Notes: generated by a model not told the origin, from the letters alone. 64,000 bases of DNA from Candidatus Woesearchaeota archaeon (GCA_964493885.1 CAZBPV010000001.1:100703-164702), one strand, 5' to 3'. Positions 54,952-62,872 are shown, counted from the first letter of the stretch. Program-made: numbers and translations.

Positions 54952-55491
54952 ATGAACAAGAAAATACTAACATTTATAATAATTCTTTTTTTAGTTTTAA
55001 CATCAATAGGAATTTACTATAAGATGAAATCAAATTCAACACGAATTTTGCTTGAAACAAATATGGGGGATATTACAATTGAACTATATTCTGATATGCC
55101 AATCACAGCTGGAAATTTTAAAAAATTAGTTGAACAAGGATTTTATGATGGGATTATTTTTCACAGAGTTATTAACGGGTTTATGATTCAGGGTGGAGAC
55201 CCAACAGGAACAGGAAGTGGAGGCCCGGGATATAAAATAAAAGATGAATTTGCAAGTCCAATTCATCCTAATTCAAGAGGAACAATTTCAATGGCAAATG
55301 CAGGCCCTAATACAGGCGGAAGCCAGTTTTTCATAAATCTTGTTGATAATAATTACTTAGATTCAAAGCATCCTGTATTCGGAGAAGTAATTGAAGGAAT
55401 GGATATAGTGGATAGCATTGCAGAAGTTGAAACAGATTCTCAAAATAGACCTATTAAAGAAATTAAAATCATTAAAGCAAGTTTAATTTAA
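54952..55491 (+). CDS. Cyclophilin-type peptidyl-prolyl isomerase with an N-terminal membrane anchor or signal
   Basis: FHRVINGFMIQGGDPTGTGSGGPGY and GTISMANAGPNTGGSQFFI. The N-terminus is ILTFIIILFLVLTSIGIYY. Confidence 0.9.
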   Translation: MNKKILTFIIILFLVLTSIGIYYKMKSNSTRILLETNMGDITIELYSDMPITAGNFKKLVEQGFYDGIIFHRVINGFMIQGGDPTGTGSGGPGYKIKDEFASPIHPNSRGTISMANAGPNTGGSQFFINLVDNNYLDSKHPVFGEVIEGMDIVDSIAEVETDSQNRPIKEIKIIKASLI

Positions 55492-55637
55492 GTTCAATTG
55501 ATAAATCATAATCAGATTTTATCATGATTATTCTCCTCGGAATTTTATTAAGATAAAAATTTTCTAAGCATTGTTTAACTTAATTGCAAGTAAACTACTA
55601 ATTCTCATCAAAAGAGGTGATAACAAATATCACAAAC

Positions 55638-55645
55638 TTTAAATA
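55638..55645 (+). promoter_or_regulatory. TATA box TTTAAATA, 29 nt upstream of the ATG at 55667
   Basis: Read directly. Confidence 0.6.
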
Positions 55646-55666
55646 ATCCTTATCTAATTATCAATC

Positions 55667-55939
55667 ATGGAAAAAGATTTAGGAAAGATAACAAAAAACC
55701 CTACTGCGGATATTGTAGTAAGAATTGATGACTTTGGAGGAAAGCGAGGATTAACAATTCGTGAGTTTGTGACTTCTGAGAGATATACAGGATTCACAAA
55801 AGCAGGAGTTAGAATCCCAGCATCTGAATTCCCAAAGTTTAAGCAAATGATTGATTCAATATCAGATAGTGACATGAAAGAAGAAGTTAAAGCAGAAGAG
55901 CCTGAAAAAGCAGGACAAGAAGAGCTTCCAGACTACTGA
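55667..55939 (+). CDS. PC4/YdbC-like single-stranded DNA-binding protein with an acidic tail
   Basis: DIVVRIDDFGGKRGLTIREFVTSERYTGFTKAGVRIPASEFPKFKQMI is colinear with the PC4 C-terminal domain ([20 protein letters not shown]...KGISL...W..L) as I recall it. Confidence 0.55.
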   Translation: MEKDLGKITKNPTADIVVRIDDFGGKRGLTIREFVTSERYTGFTKAGVRIPASEFPKFKQMIDSISDSDMKEEVKAEEPEKAGQEELPDY

Positions 55940-55987
55940 AACCAGTTGCTTCAAAACATTTAAAAAAAGATTTTACTATTCTTATAA

Positions 55988-56326
55988 ATGAAAAAAAGCA
56001 GTCTGATTACTTTTGCAGTAATTCTAGCAGTAATACTCCTTGCAGTAATTGTCTTAACTCGTTCTCATCCAGAAACCTCAGAGGAGATAGCTCAATGCAT
56101 AGGTGAAAATTCTGTTTTGTATACTCAATTAGGCTGTCATGCCTGCAAATATCAAGAAGATTTATTTGGAGAAAATTACAAATATCTTAATGTTGTTGAC
56201 TGCTTTTTTGAGCAGGACAAATGTATCCAAGAAGAAATCAGAGCAACTCCAACTTGGATAATAAAAGGAGAAAAGTATGTTGGTGCTCGTTCAGTAGAAC
56301 AATTAAAAGAGCTTGCAGGTTGCTAA
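55988..56326 (+). CDS. Membrane-anchored extracytoplasmic thioredoxin-fold protein (CxxC)
   Basis: N-terminal TM helix. LGCHACKYQEDLFG...VDC...C...ATPTWII.G..Y.G resembles the VKOR-associated Trx domain. Confidence 0.6.
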   Translation: MKKSSLITFAVILAVILLAVIVLTRSHPETSEEIAQCIGENSVLYTQLGCHACKYQEDLFGENYKYLNVVDCFFEQDKCIQEEIRATPTWIIKGEKYVGARSVEQLKELAGC

Positions 56327-56335
56327 GAAAATAAA

Positions 56336-57049
56336 ATGACTCCAATTTTTGACGGTGTAAATTTTCTAAGGATAACTGCTTTGGCACTGGCAGATTCAGT
56401 TAATCCATGTGCTATTGCAGTTCTTACAATGGTTTTGGTTTCTATATTAATTCATAATCCAGAGAAAAAAAGAAGAGTTTTATATGCTGGCTTAGCATTT
56501 ATTGTAGCTGTTTATATTGGATATTTGTTTTATGGAGCAGTAATAATTCAGTTCTTTACTGCTTTTGCTCAGTTTATGAGAGAAAACTCTGGATTTGTTT
56601 ACAAAGGATTGGCAATCTTTGCCATGATTCTCGGAGCATTAAATGTTAAGGATTATTTTTATTATGAACCAGGAGGAGTTGCAACTGAGATGCCAATGCA
56701 AATGCGTCCTTATGCAAAATTAACAGCAAATAAAATTACTTCTCCATTAGGAGCCTTTTTCATAGGATTTTTAGTCACTGTCTTTTTATTACCTTGCACA
56801 ATCGGCCCATATATCATTGCTTCTGGACTTTTATCTGAACTTGGTTTTTTAAAAGCTCTCCCATGGTTATTATATTATAATTTCTTGTTTATCCTTCCAA
56901 TGGCAGCAATTGTTGGATTAGTCTACTGGGGATTTTCCAAGGTTCAGGATGTCTCTGGATGGAAGGAAAGAAACATCAGAAGACTGCATTTAATTGCTGG
57001 AATATTATTATTCTTAGTTGGATTATTCCTTCTTTTAGGATGGTTGTAA
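56336..57049 (+). CDS. ccdA: CcdA/DsbD-family transmembrane thiol-disulfide electron transporter
   Basis: ALADSVNPCAIAVL and LPCTIGPY motifs in a polytopic membrane protein. Confidence 0.7.
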   Translation: MTPIFDGVNFLRITALALADSVNPCAIAVLTMVLVSILIHNPEKKRRVLYAGLAFIVAVYIGYLFYGAVIIQFFTAFAQFMRENSGFVYKGLAIFAMILGALNVKDYFYYEPGGVATEMPMQMRPYAKLTANKITSPLGAFFIGFLVTVFLLPCTIGPYIIASGLLSELGFLKALPWLLYYNFLFILPMAAIVGLVYWGFSKVQDVSGWKERNIRRLHLIAGILLFLVGLFLLLGWL

Positions 57050-57101
57050 GTATATTTCTCTAAACATAAATCCTTAAAAAAGAATTCTTGCTTTATTTTT
57101 T

Positions 57102-58178
57102 ATGATTATTGGACTAACAGGAACTAAAGCTTCTGGAAAACAAAAAATTGCAGATTTGTTAAAGGAAAGAGGATTTTTTTATTCCTCTACATCAGATAGA
57201 GTAAGAGAAGAAGCTGAAAAAAGAAGAGGCGATGATAAATACACAACAAAAGAATTGCAAGATATTGGCAATGACTTGAGAGATAAGTATGGATTAGACA
57301 TACTTGCAAGAAGAACTCTTGAAAGGATTAGAACTGATGATTGTGCAGTTATTGATGGCATTAGAAACCTGGGAGAAATTGCATTTTTAAGAAAAAATGC
57401 TCCTGACTTTTATCTTGTTTCAGTTGATGCTCCAAGGGAAATTAGATTCCAAAGACTAAAGGGAAGAGGAAGACCAAGTGACCCTAAAACTTGGGAAGAA
57501 TTTCTTGCAATGGATGAAAGAGATTTGGGAAAAGGAGAAGAAAAATCAGGACAGCAAACTTACCAATGCATGCAAGAAGCAGATTATTTTGTGCAAAATA
57601 CTAGAACACTTGAAGATTTGCAAAATAGTTTTTCTTTTGCTCCAGATTCTTTTCTAACCCTATTTCCTGCTGATAAAAGGAGGCGTCCAAGCTTTAATGA
57701 AATGTTCATGAGGCAGGCATGGGAGTGGAGCTATCGTTCCAAATGTCTAAGAAGAAAAGTTGGAGCAGTAATAAGCACAGTCAATGATGACAAGCGTCTT
57801 AATAATATTCCTATTTCTTCAGGTTATAATGGCCCAGCAAGAGGAGCACCTCATTGCGATGAAGTTGGATGCTTGAGAACTCAACTGAATATTCCTTCAG
57901 GGCAAAGGCAGGAAATTTGCAGAGCAGTTCATGCAGAAGAAAACGCAATTTTAAATGCAGGCATGATTGGAGCAAGAGTTCTTGGAGCAAAAATGCATGC
58001 AACAGCACATCCATGCTCCTATTGTGCAAAAACAATAAGCCAGTCAGGAATAGCAAAAGTAATTTATCTGGGAGATTATCCAGACCCAATAGCTAATGGG
58101 ATATTCAAAGACGGAGAAGTAGAGGTAGTTCCTTATCAGGGTGTCTCTCCTCAAGCTTTCTCTAGAATTTGGGGTTAA
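57102..58178 (+). CDS. Fusion of a UPF0200-like nucleotide kinase (P-loop) domain and dCMP deaminase
   Basis: The N-terminus has MIIGLTGTKASGKQKIADLL...VIDGIRNLGEIAFL...RFQRLKGRGRPSDP. The C-terminus has HAEENAI and PCSYCAKTI (zinc-binding CDA motifs). Confidence 0.75.
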   Translation: MIIGLTGTKASGKQKIADLLKERGFFYSSTSDRVREEAEKRRGDDKYTTKELQDIGNDLRDKYGLDILARRTLERIRTDDCAVIDGIRNLGEIAFLRKNAPDFYLVSVDAPREIRFQRLKGRGRPSDPKTWEEFLAMDERDLGKGEEKSGQQTYQCMQEADYFVQNTRTLEDLQNSFSFAPDSFLTLFPADKRRRPSFNEMFMRQAWEWSYRSKCLRRKVGAVISTVNDDKRLNNIPISSGYNGPARGAPHCDEVGCLRTQLNIPSGQRQEICRAVHAEENAILNAGMIGARVLGAKMHATAHPCSYCAKTISQSGIAKVIYLGDYPDPIANGIFKDGEVEVVPYQGVSPQAFSRIWG

Positions 58179-58471
58179 TAAGAAGGTAAAAGTTCATTAT
58201 GCCCGAATTGAATGATTAAGTCAATCTTTTTCTCCAGCTCTTTTCCTAAAATAGGTGTATCGCAAGCACCAAAACAAGATTCCATCCATATAATAAACTC
58301 AACCTTGCCTTTAGTCTGTTCTCTTAAATAATCAACAACAGCAGTTGCATATAATTTTAATCCATCTGGAAACTGCAATAAAACAAGCTTGGCGTTGTTT
58401 TTCTTTATATTTGCAATTACTTTGTCTAATTCTAAGTCATAGAATTCATTTAATTCATTAAGTGTTTTCAT
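58175..58471 (-). CDS. dph2: Dph2 (diphthamide synthesis) N-terminal fragment only, 98 aa; truncated gene or mini-protein
   Basis: YDLELDKVIANIKKNNAKLVLLQFPDGLKLYA...CFGACD...DLIIQFGHN matches only the first third of archaeal Dph2. The stop overlaps the convergent deaminase gene. Confidence 0.6.
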   Translation of the reverse strand: MKTLNELNEFYDLELDKVIANIKKNNAKLVLLQFPDGLKLYATAVVDYLREQTKGKVEFIIWMESCFGACDTPILGKELEKKIDLIIQFGHNELLPSY

Positions 58472-58492
58472 AAAAATTTAATTAATTGTTTA

Positions 58493-58500
58493 TTTTTAAA
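58493..58500 (-). promoter_or_regulatory. TATA box TTTAAAAA (minus strand), 29 nt upstream of the ATG at 58471
   Basis: Read directly. Confidence 0.5.
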
Positions 58501-58569
58501 TGCTTTGAACAGCCTGGCAATTATCTTTCATTTGTATTAATTTAAACATAGTAAGAAACACTTAAAAAA

Positions 58570-58668
58570 GCTGAATTCTTATGGAAATTGTCTAACTTCG
58601 GTTAGATATGCTTGACTTCGGTCAAGTATTGGAGGTTCGGACTTCGGTTTTAACCTCCTATTTTTTTA
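58570..58668 (+). ncRNA. Candidate structured small RNA: three consecutive UUCG-capped hairpins followed by an oligo-T tract
   Basis: Hairpins are TCTAAC-TTCG-GTTAGA (58591..58606), ATGCTTGAC-TTCG-GTCAAGTAT (58608..58629) and GGAGGTT..GGAC-TTCG-GTTT..AACCTCC (58631..58658), followed by TATTTTTTTA. The TATA-like TTTAAACA at 58541..58548 predicts a start near 58570. There is no ORF. Confidence 0.45.
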
Positions 58669-58711
58669 TGCCTTTAGAAATCTTTTTAACCTACTTTAAT
58701 CATTCTTAATC

Positions 58712-60451
58712 ATGGCAAATATTCGTCAACCAATAGTGACTGTCTGCGGGCACGTAGACCATGGAAAAACATCTATCCTTGATGCTATTAGGGGTAGCTG
58801 TGTCCAGGAAGCTGAAGCAGGAGGAATAACTCAAAAGATTTCCTTTACAATGTATCCTATAAACAAACTAAAAACAGCTTTCCCATTAATAGAAAAATCA
58901 GGGATTAAATTAAATATCCCAGGTTTCTTATTTATAGACACTCCCGGACATGCAGCATTTACTAATCTTAGAAAAAGAGGGGGAGCTCTTGCTGACCTAG
59001 CAGTTTTAGTTATTGATATAAATGAAGGAATCAAGCCTCAGACAGCAGAAGTAATACAGATTCTAAAATTAAATAAAACTCCTTTTGTAATTGCAATGAA
59101 TAAAATAGATAATATCTCTGGGTGGAGAACTAAAAAAGATTCGGGAATAAGAGAAAGCATTGAATCTCAGCCTCCGCATGTTAATCAAGTCTTTCAAGAA
59201 AGATACATGACACTAATAGGTTCTTTAAACAGCTACGGGTTTGATGCAGATTTATTTTATAATATAGAAGATTTCACAAAAAAAATAGCACTAGTTCCAG
59301 TATCTGCTCGTACAAAAGAAGGAATACAAGAACTAATAACAATGCTTTGTGGTTTAAGCCAGAAATATCTTGCAAATAGATTAGAATTAGGAAAAGATGC
59401 AAAAGGAGTAATGCTTGAAGTAAAGACAATTAAAACAATTCACTATAATGAAGCAATTCTTTATGACGGAGAACTCTCAAAAGAACAGGAAATTGCAATC
59501 TCAAATCTAGAAGGAGAACCAATTATAACTAAGATAAGAATTCTTGAAGAAATAGAGCCATTATGCGCTAAATTTAAGCCAAAAGAAAAAGTAAAAGCTT
59601 CAACTGGATTAAGAATGCAGTTAATTGAAAAGGCAGGAATTCTTCCAGGAATGCCTTTTGAAGTATTCAAAGGAAATCTAGATAAAATAAAAAAGAAATT
59701 CAAAAAAGAGATTTCAGAAAACATAAAAACTCAAAAGCAAGGAATAATTGCCAAGGCAGATTCACTAGGAAGCCTTGAAGCACTGCTTGTATTACTAAAA
59801 GAAAATCATGTGCCTGTTGTAAAAGCAGGAATAGGAAGCATAAATAAAATAGATTTAACTTCGGCAAAAGCAAATCTTGATATAAATGAGCTTGATGCAG
59901 TAATTATTGGATTTAATGTTAATATGGATGAAGAAGCAAAAGAAATTCAAAAAAATGTAAAAGTAATAACTAATGATGTTATCTACAAATTAATTGACGA
60001 TTTAGTTTTATACAGAAAGGAAAAATCAAAAGAAATTGAAAAAAGAAGATTAATGGAATTAGCAACTATTGGGAAAGCAGAGATTCTTCATCAGTATGTG
60101 TTTAGAAATACAAAGCCAGCAATCTTTGGAGTAAGAATTAATGCTGGAAAAATCAGGCCAGAACTTACTTTAATTGATGAAACAGGAGAAAAAGTAGGGC
60201 GATTAAAAAATATTCAGTTAGACAAAGCCTCAGTTAAAGAAGCTACAGAAGGAATGGAAGTAGCAGTATCTCTTCCAGGGGTTAATTTTGAAAGGCAAGT
60301 AAAAGATAGAAAATTCTTATTCTCTGAACTTTCTGAAAGCCAGTTCAGGACATTTAAGAAAAATAAAGATTTACTAACTCAGTCAGAAATCAAGGCTCTT
60401 CAGGAAATTGCTGACATAAAACGAAAAATCAAGCCTGAATGGGGAATTTAA
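58712..60451 (+). CDS. infB: Translation initiation factor aIF5B
   Basis: RQPIVTVCGHVDHGKTSILDAIRG, DTPGH and NKID, with aIF5B domain order. Confidence 0.9.
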   Translation: MANIRQPIVTVCGHVDHGKTSILDAIRGSCVQEAEAGGITQKISFTMYPINKLKTAFPLIEKSGIKLNIPGFLFIDTPGHAAFTNLRKRGGALADLAVLVIDINEGIKPQTAEVIQILKLNKTPFVIAMNKIDNISGWRTKKDSGIRESIESQPPHVNQVFQERYMTLIGSLNSYGFDADLFYNIEDFTKKIALVPVSARTKEGIQELITMLCGLSQKYLANRLELGKDAKGVMLEVKTIKTIHYNEAILYDGELSKEQEIAISNLEGEPIITKIRILEEIEPLCAKFKPKEKVKASTGLRMQLIEKAGILPGMPFEVFKGNLDKIKKKFKKEISENIKTQKQGIIAKADSLGSLEALLVLLKENHVPVVKAGIGSINKIDLTSAKANLDINELDAVIIGFNVNMDEEAKEIQKNVKVITNDVIYKLIDDLVLYRKEKSKEIEKRRLMELATIGKAEILHQYVFRNTKPAIFGVRINAGKIRPELTLIDETGEKVGRLKNIQLDKASVKEATEGMEVAVSLPGVNFERQVKDRKFLFSELSESQFRTFKKNKDLLTQSEIKALQEIADIKRKIKPEWGI

Positions 60452-60771
60452 TCAGCCAACATTATATCTAGATTTTCATCTTCAACAAGTATTTCCACGC
60501 CTTTTTTTCTAATCATCTTATCAAACATATCTCTGTCTTGAGGGGGCATGTTACTAACAATATCCATATAATTCCTCATTATTTGAGATGTGTAAGCATA
60601 AAACAAAGGATTATAATCTGAATCAGGACTATATGCTTCTTGAGCATTTTTTATTAAATCTCTTGATTTTTTATCCCAGTCTTCAAATGCCTCTTGCGCA
60701 CTTTTATACTTAAATTTGTCTCTTCCAATTAATATATCATACCACTTTCCTAGTGTTTGTGTGAGTCCCAT
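60448..60771 (-). CDS. Hypothetical protein
   Basis: 107-aa ORF. TATA TTTAAAAA (plus 60793..60800) lies 29 nt upstream. Confidence 0.5.
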   Translation of the reverse strand: MGLTQTLGKWYDILIGRDKFKYKSAQEAFEDWDKKSRDLIKNAQEAYSPDSDYNPLFYAYTSQIMRNYMDIVSNMPPQDRDMFDKMIRKKGVEILVEDENLDIMLAD

Positions 60772-60854
60772 TATCTTTCTTAAAACTATTTGTTTTTAAA
60801 TATATAGACAAAAAATAAAAGAAGACTTTTAGCTATAAACTTCCCAAGAGAAAC

Positions 60855-60862
60855 TTTATAAA
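60855..60862 (+). promoter_or_regulatory. TATA box TTTATAAA, 29 nt upstream of the ATG at 60884
   Basis: Read directly. Confidence 0.6.
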
Positions 60863-60883
60863 CCAAAATTTCAATACATAACT

Positions 60884-61432
60884 ATGTTCAAGTTTAATAT
60901 CTCAACAAAAGACGGAAAAACCTACAAGCTAGAAGCAGAAGCTTTAGGATTAATTCAGAAACAGCTTGGAGATGTTATTAAAGGAGAAGAAATCTCTCCA
61001 GATTTAGCAGGATATGAATTAAAAATTACTGGTACAAGTGATTTATCAGGATTTGCTTCTATGGAAGAAGTAGAAGGAATTGGATTAAAAAAAGTTCTTT
61101 TAACTTATGGAAAAGGTTTGCACAAGCGTCCAAAAGGACTTACAAAAAAAGGAAAGGCTCCAATAAAAGGATTAAGAATGAGAAAAACAGTGAGAGGAAA
61201 AATTATATCTGAGGCAATTTCTCAAATTAATACTGCTGTAATTAAACAAGGAAGCAAGAAACTGTCAGAAATTTTCCCAGAACAAAACAAAATAGAAGCT
61301 CCGCCTGCTCAAGAACAAGCAGAATCAGTAGTTGAAAGCCCGCAGCAAAAAGAACAAAAAGCTGAATTAGCTAATCCTGAACAAGAACCAAAAGAAAAGC
61401 TTCCTCCTAAAGCAGAAGAGCAAGTAGAATAA
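60884..61432 (+). CDS. rps6e: 30S ribosomal protein eS6 with a Glu/Pro/Gln-rich C-terminal extension
   Basis: MFKFNISTKDGKTYKLEAE...GYELKITGTSDLSGF...GLRMRKTVRG. Confidence 0.85.
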   Translation: MFKFNISTKDGKTYKLEAEALGLIQKQLGDVIKGEEISPDLAGYELKITGTSDLSGFASMEEVEGIGLKKVLLTYGKGLHKRPKGLTKKGKAPIKGLRMRKTVRGKIISEAISQINTAVIKQGSKKLSEIFPEQNKIEAPPAQEQAESVVESPQQKEQKAELANPEQEPKEKLPPKAEEQVE

Positions 61433-61444
61433 GGAATAAAAACC

Positions 61445-61452
61445 TTTAATAA
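61445..61452 (+). promoter_or_regulatory. TATA box TTTAATAA, 29 nt upstream of the ATG at 61474
   Basis: Read directly. Confidence 0.55.
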
Positions 61453-61473
61453 TAAACTTTTTCTTGAAAATAC

Positions 61474-62688
61474 ATGACTAAAGAAAATAAAGAAGATAAA
61501 ACTTCGAAAGAACTTCCTGAAATGAATGTTGGTGTTGTGGGGCATATTGACCATGGAAAAACAACTCTTCTTAGCAAGCTCACTGGAAAATTTGCAGATA
61601 CTCACTCAGAAGAATTAAAGAGAGGAATTACAATAAAATTAGGTTATGCAGAAGCTACAATTTCTAAAGACAAAAAAGGTTATAATATAGAGGGAAAAGG
61701 CACTCCTATCAGATATGTCAGTTTTATTGACGCTCCTGGGCACGAGATGCTTATGGCAACAATGCTTTCTGGTGCTGCAATAATTGATGCTGCAATACTG
61801 GTAGTAGCTGCAAATGAAGGAATCAAACCTCAGACAATGGAGCATTTCTTAGCTCTTCAGGCAAAGAATATCAAAAATATTATAATTGTGCAAAATAAAA
61901 TTGACTTAGTCAGCCAAGAACAAGCCTTAAAAAATTACCAAGATATTAAAAAATTTGTAAAAGGAACAATTGCAGAAAATTCTCTGATAATCCCAGTCTC
62001 TGCTCAGCAAGGAATTAATATAGATAAAATATTAGAAGAATTAACAAAAATAGAAATTCCTAAAAGAGACAAAGAATCTGTTCCAATCTTCCTAGTTGCA
62101 AGAAGTTTTGATATAAACTATCCAGGAGAAAAAGTTAAGGATTTGCATGGAGGGATTTTAGGAGGACTCTTAAAAAAAGGAACTCTTAAAATTGGAGATG
62201 AAATTGAAATAAAACCAGGTTTAACAACTAAAAAACACAATGAACAGATTTACCAGACTCTTACTACAAAAATTATTTCTCTTCACAAAGGAAATAATTC
62301 TGTAAAGGAAATTAAACCAGGAACAAGTATTTCAATTGAAACAGAACTTGACCCAATCCTCACAAAAACAGATTCATTAACAGGATGCCTAGTATCAAAA
62401 AGAGGAGAGCTTCCGGAGATAACTTACAAGATAAAGTTAAAATACAGTTTATTTGAGAAGGTATTTGGGACTACAGAGCATCAAAAAGTTGAACCATTAA
62501 AAACCGGAGAAATCCTCATGCTTAGTGTTAATACAACAACAACTGTTGGAAAAGTAGAGAAAATAAAGAATAATGAAATTGAGATTTTATTAAAAATTCC
62601 TATAATTGCAATTACAGGAGATAATGTTGGAATGGCAAGAAATATCAACAACCACTGGAGACTAATTGGTTGGGGGAACTTAATTTAG
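61474..62688 (+). CDS. Translation initiation factor aIF2 gamma subunit, lacking the Cys4 knuckle
   Basis: NVGVVGHIDHGKTTL, SEELKRGITIKLGYA, FIDAPGHE and QNKIDL, with domains II/III following. Confidence 0.9.
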   Translation: MTKENKEDKTSKELPEMNVGVVGHIDHGKTTLLSKLTGKFADTHSEELKRGITIKLGYAEATISKDKKGYNIEGKGTPIRYVSFIDAPGHEMLMATMLSGAAIIDAAILVVAANEGIKPQTMEHFLALQAKNIKNIIIVQNKIDLVSQEQALKNYQDIKKFVKGTIAENSLIIPVSAQQGINIDKILEELTKIEIPKRDKESVPIFLVARSFDINYPGEKVKDLHGGILGGLLKKGTLKIGDEIEIKPGLTTKKHNEQIYQTLTTKIISLHKGNNSVKEIKPGTSISIETELDPILTKTDSLTGCLVSKRGELPEITYKIKLKYSLFEKVFGTTEHQKVEPLKTGEILMLSVNTTTTVGKVEKIKNNEIEILLKIPIIAITGDNVGMARNINNHWRLIGWGNLI

Positions 62689-62872
62689 AAAGAATATTTT
62701 TTAATTTACCCTTTTTAACCATTTCAAATATTCCATCTTGACATAGCATTTCCAAAATACTTTTTCTTCTTAATATATTAGCAGATATCTGAGGGATCCT
62801 CCCCCCTAATCTAGCCTTAATCCTTCCTAAAAAAGATGTCTTAAACTCCCTGTAATAGTTTCTTTCATCCAT
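62645..62872 (-). CDS. Small hypothetical protein, possibly winged-helix
   Basis: 75-aa ORF with a TATA-like TTATAAAA about 28 nt upstream. Its 3' end overlaps aIF2-gamma convergently by 44 nt. Confidence 0.35.
   Translation of the reverse strand: MDERNYYREFKTSFLGRIKARLGGRIPQISANILRRKSILEMLCQDGIFEMVKKGKLKNILSKLSSPNQLVSSGC

Noticed and set aside
58175-58471. Calling this a complete dph2 gene
   Set aside because: It is only 98 aa, versus roughly 330 aa expected. The ORF runs into the convergent deaminase gene, so it is annotated as a fragment.
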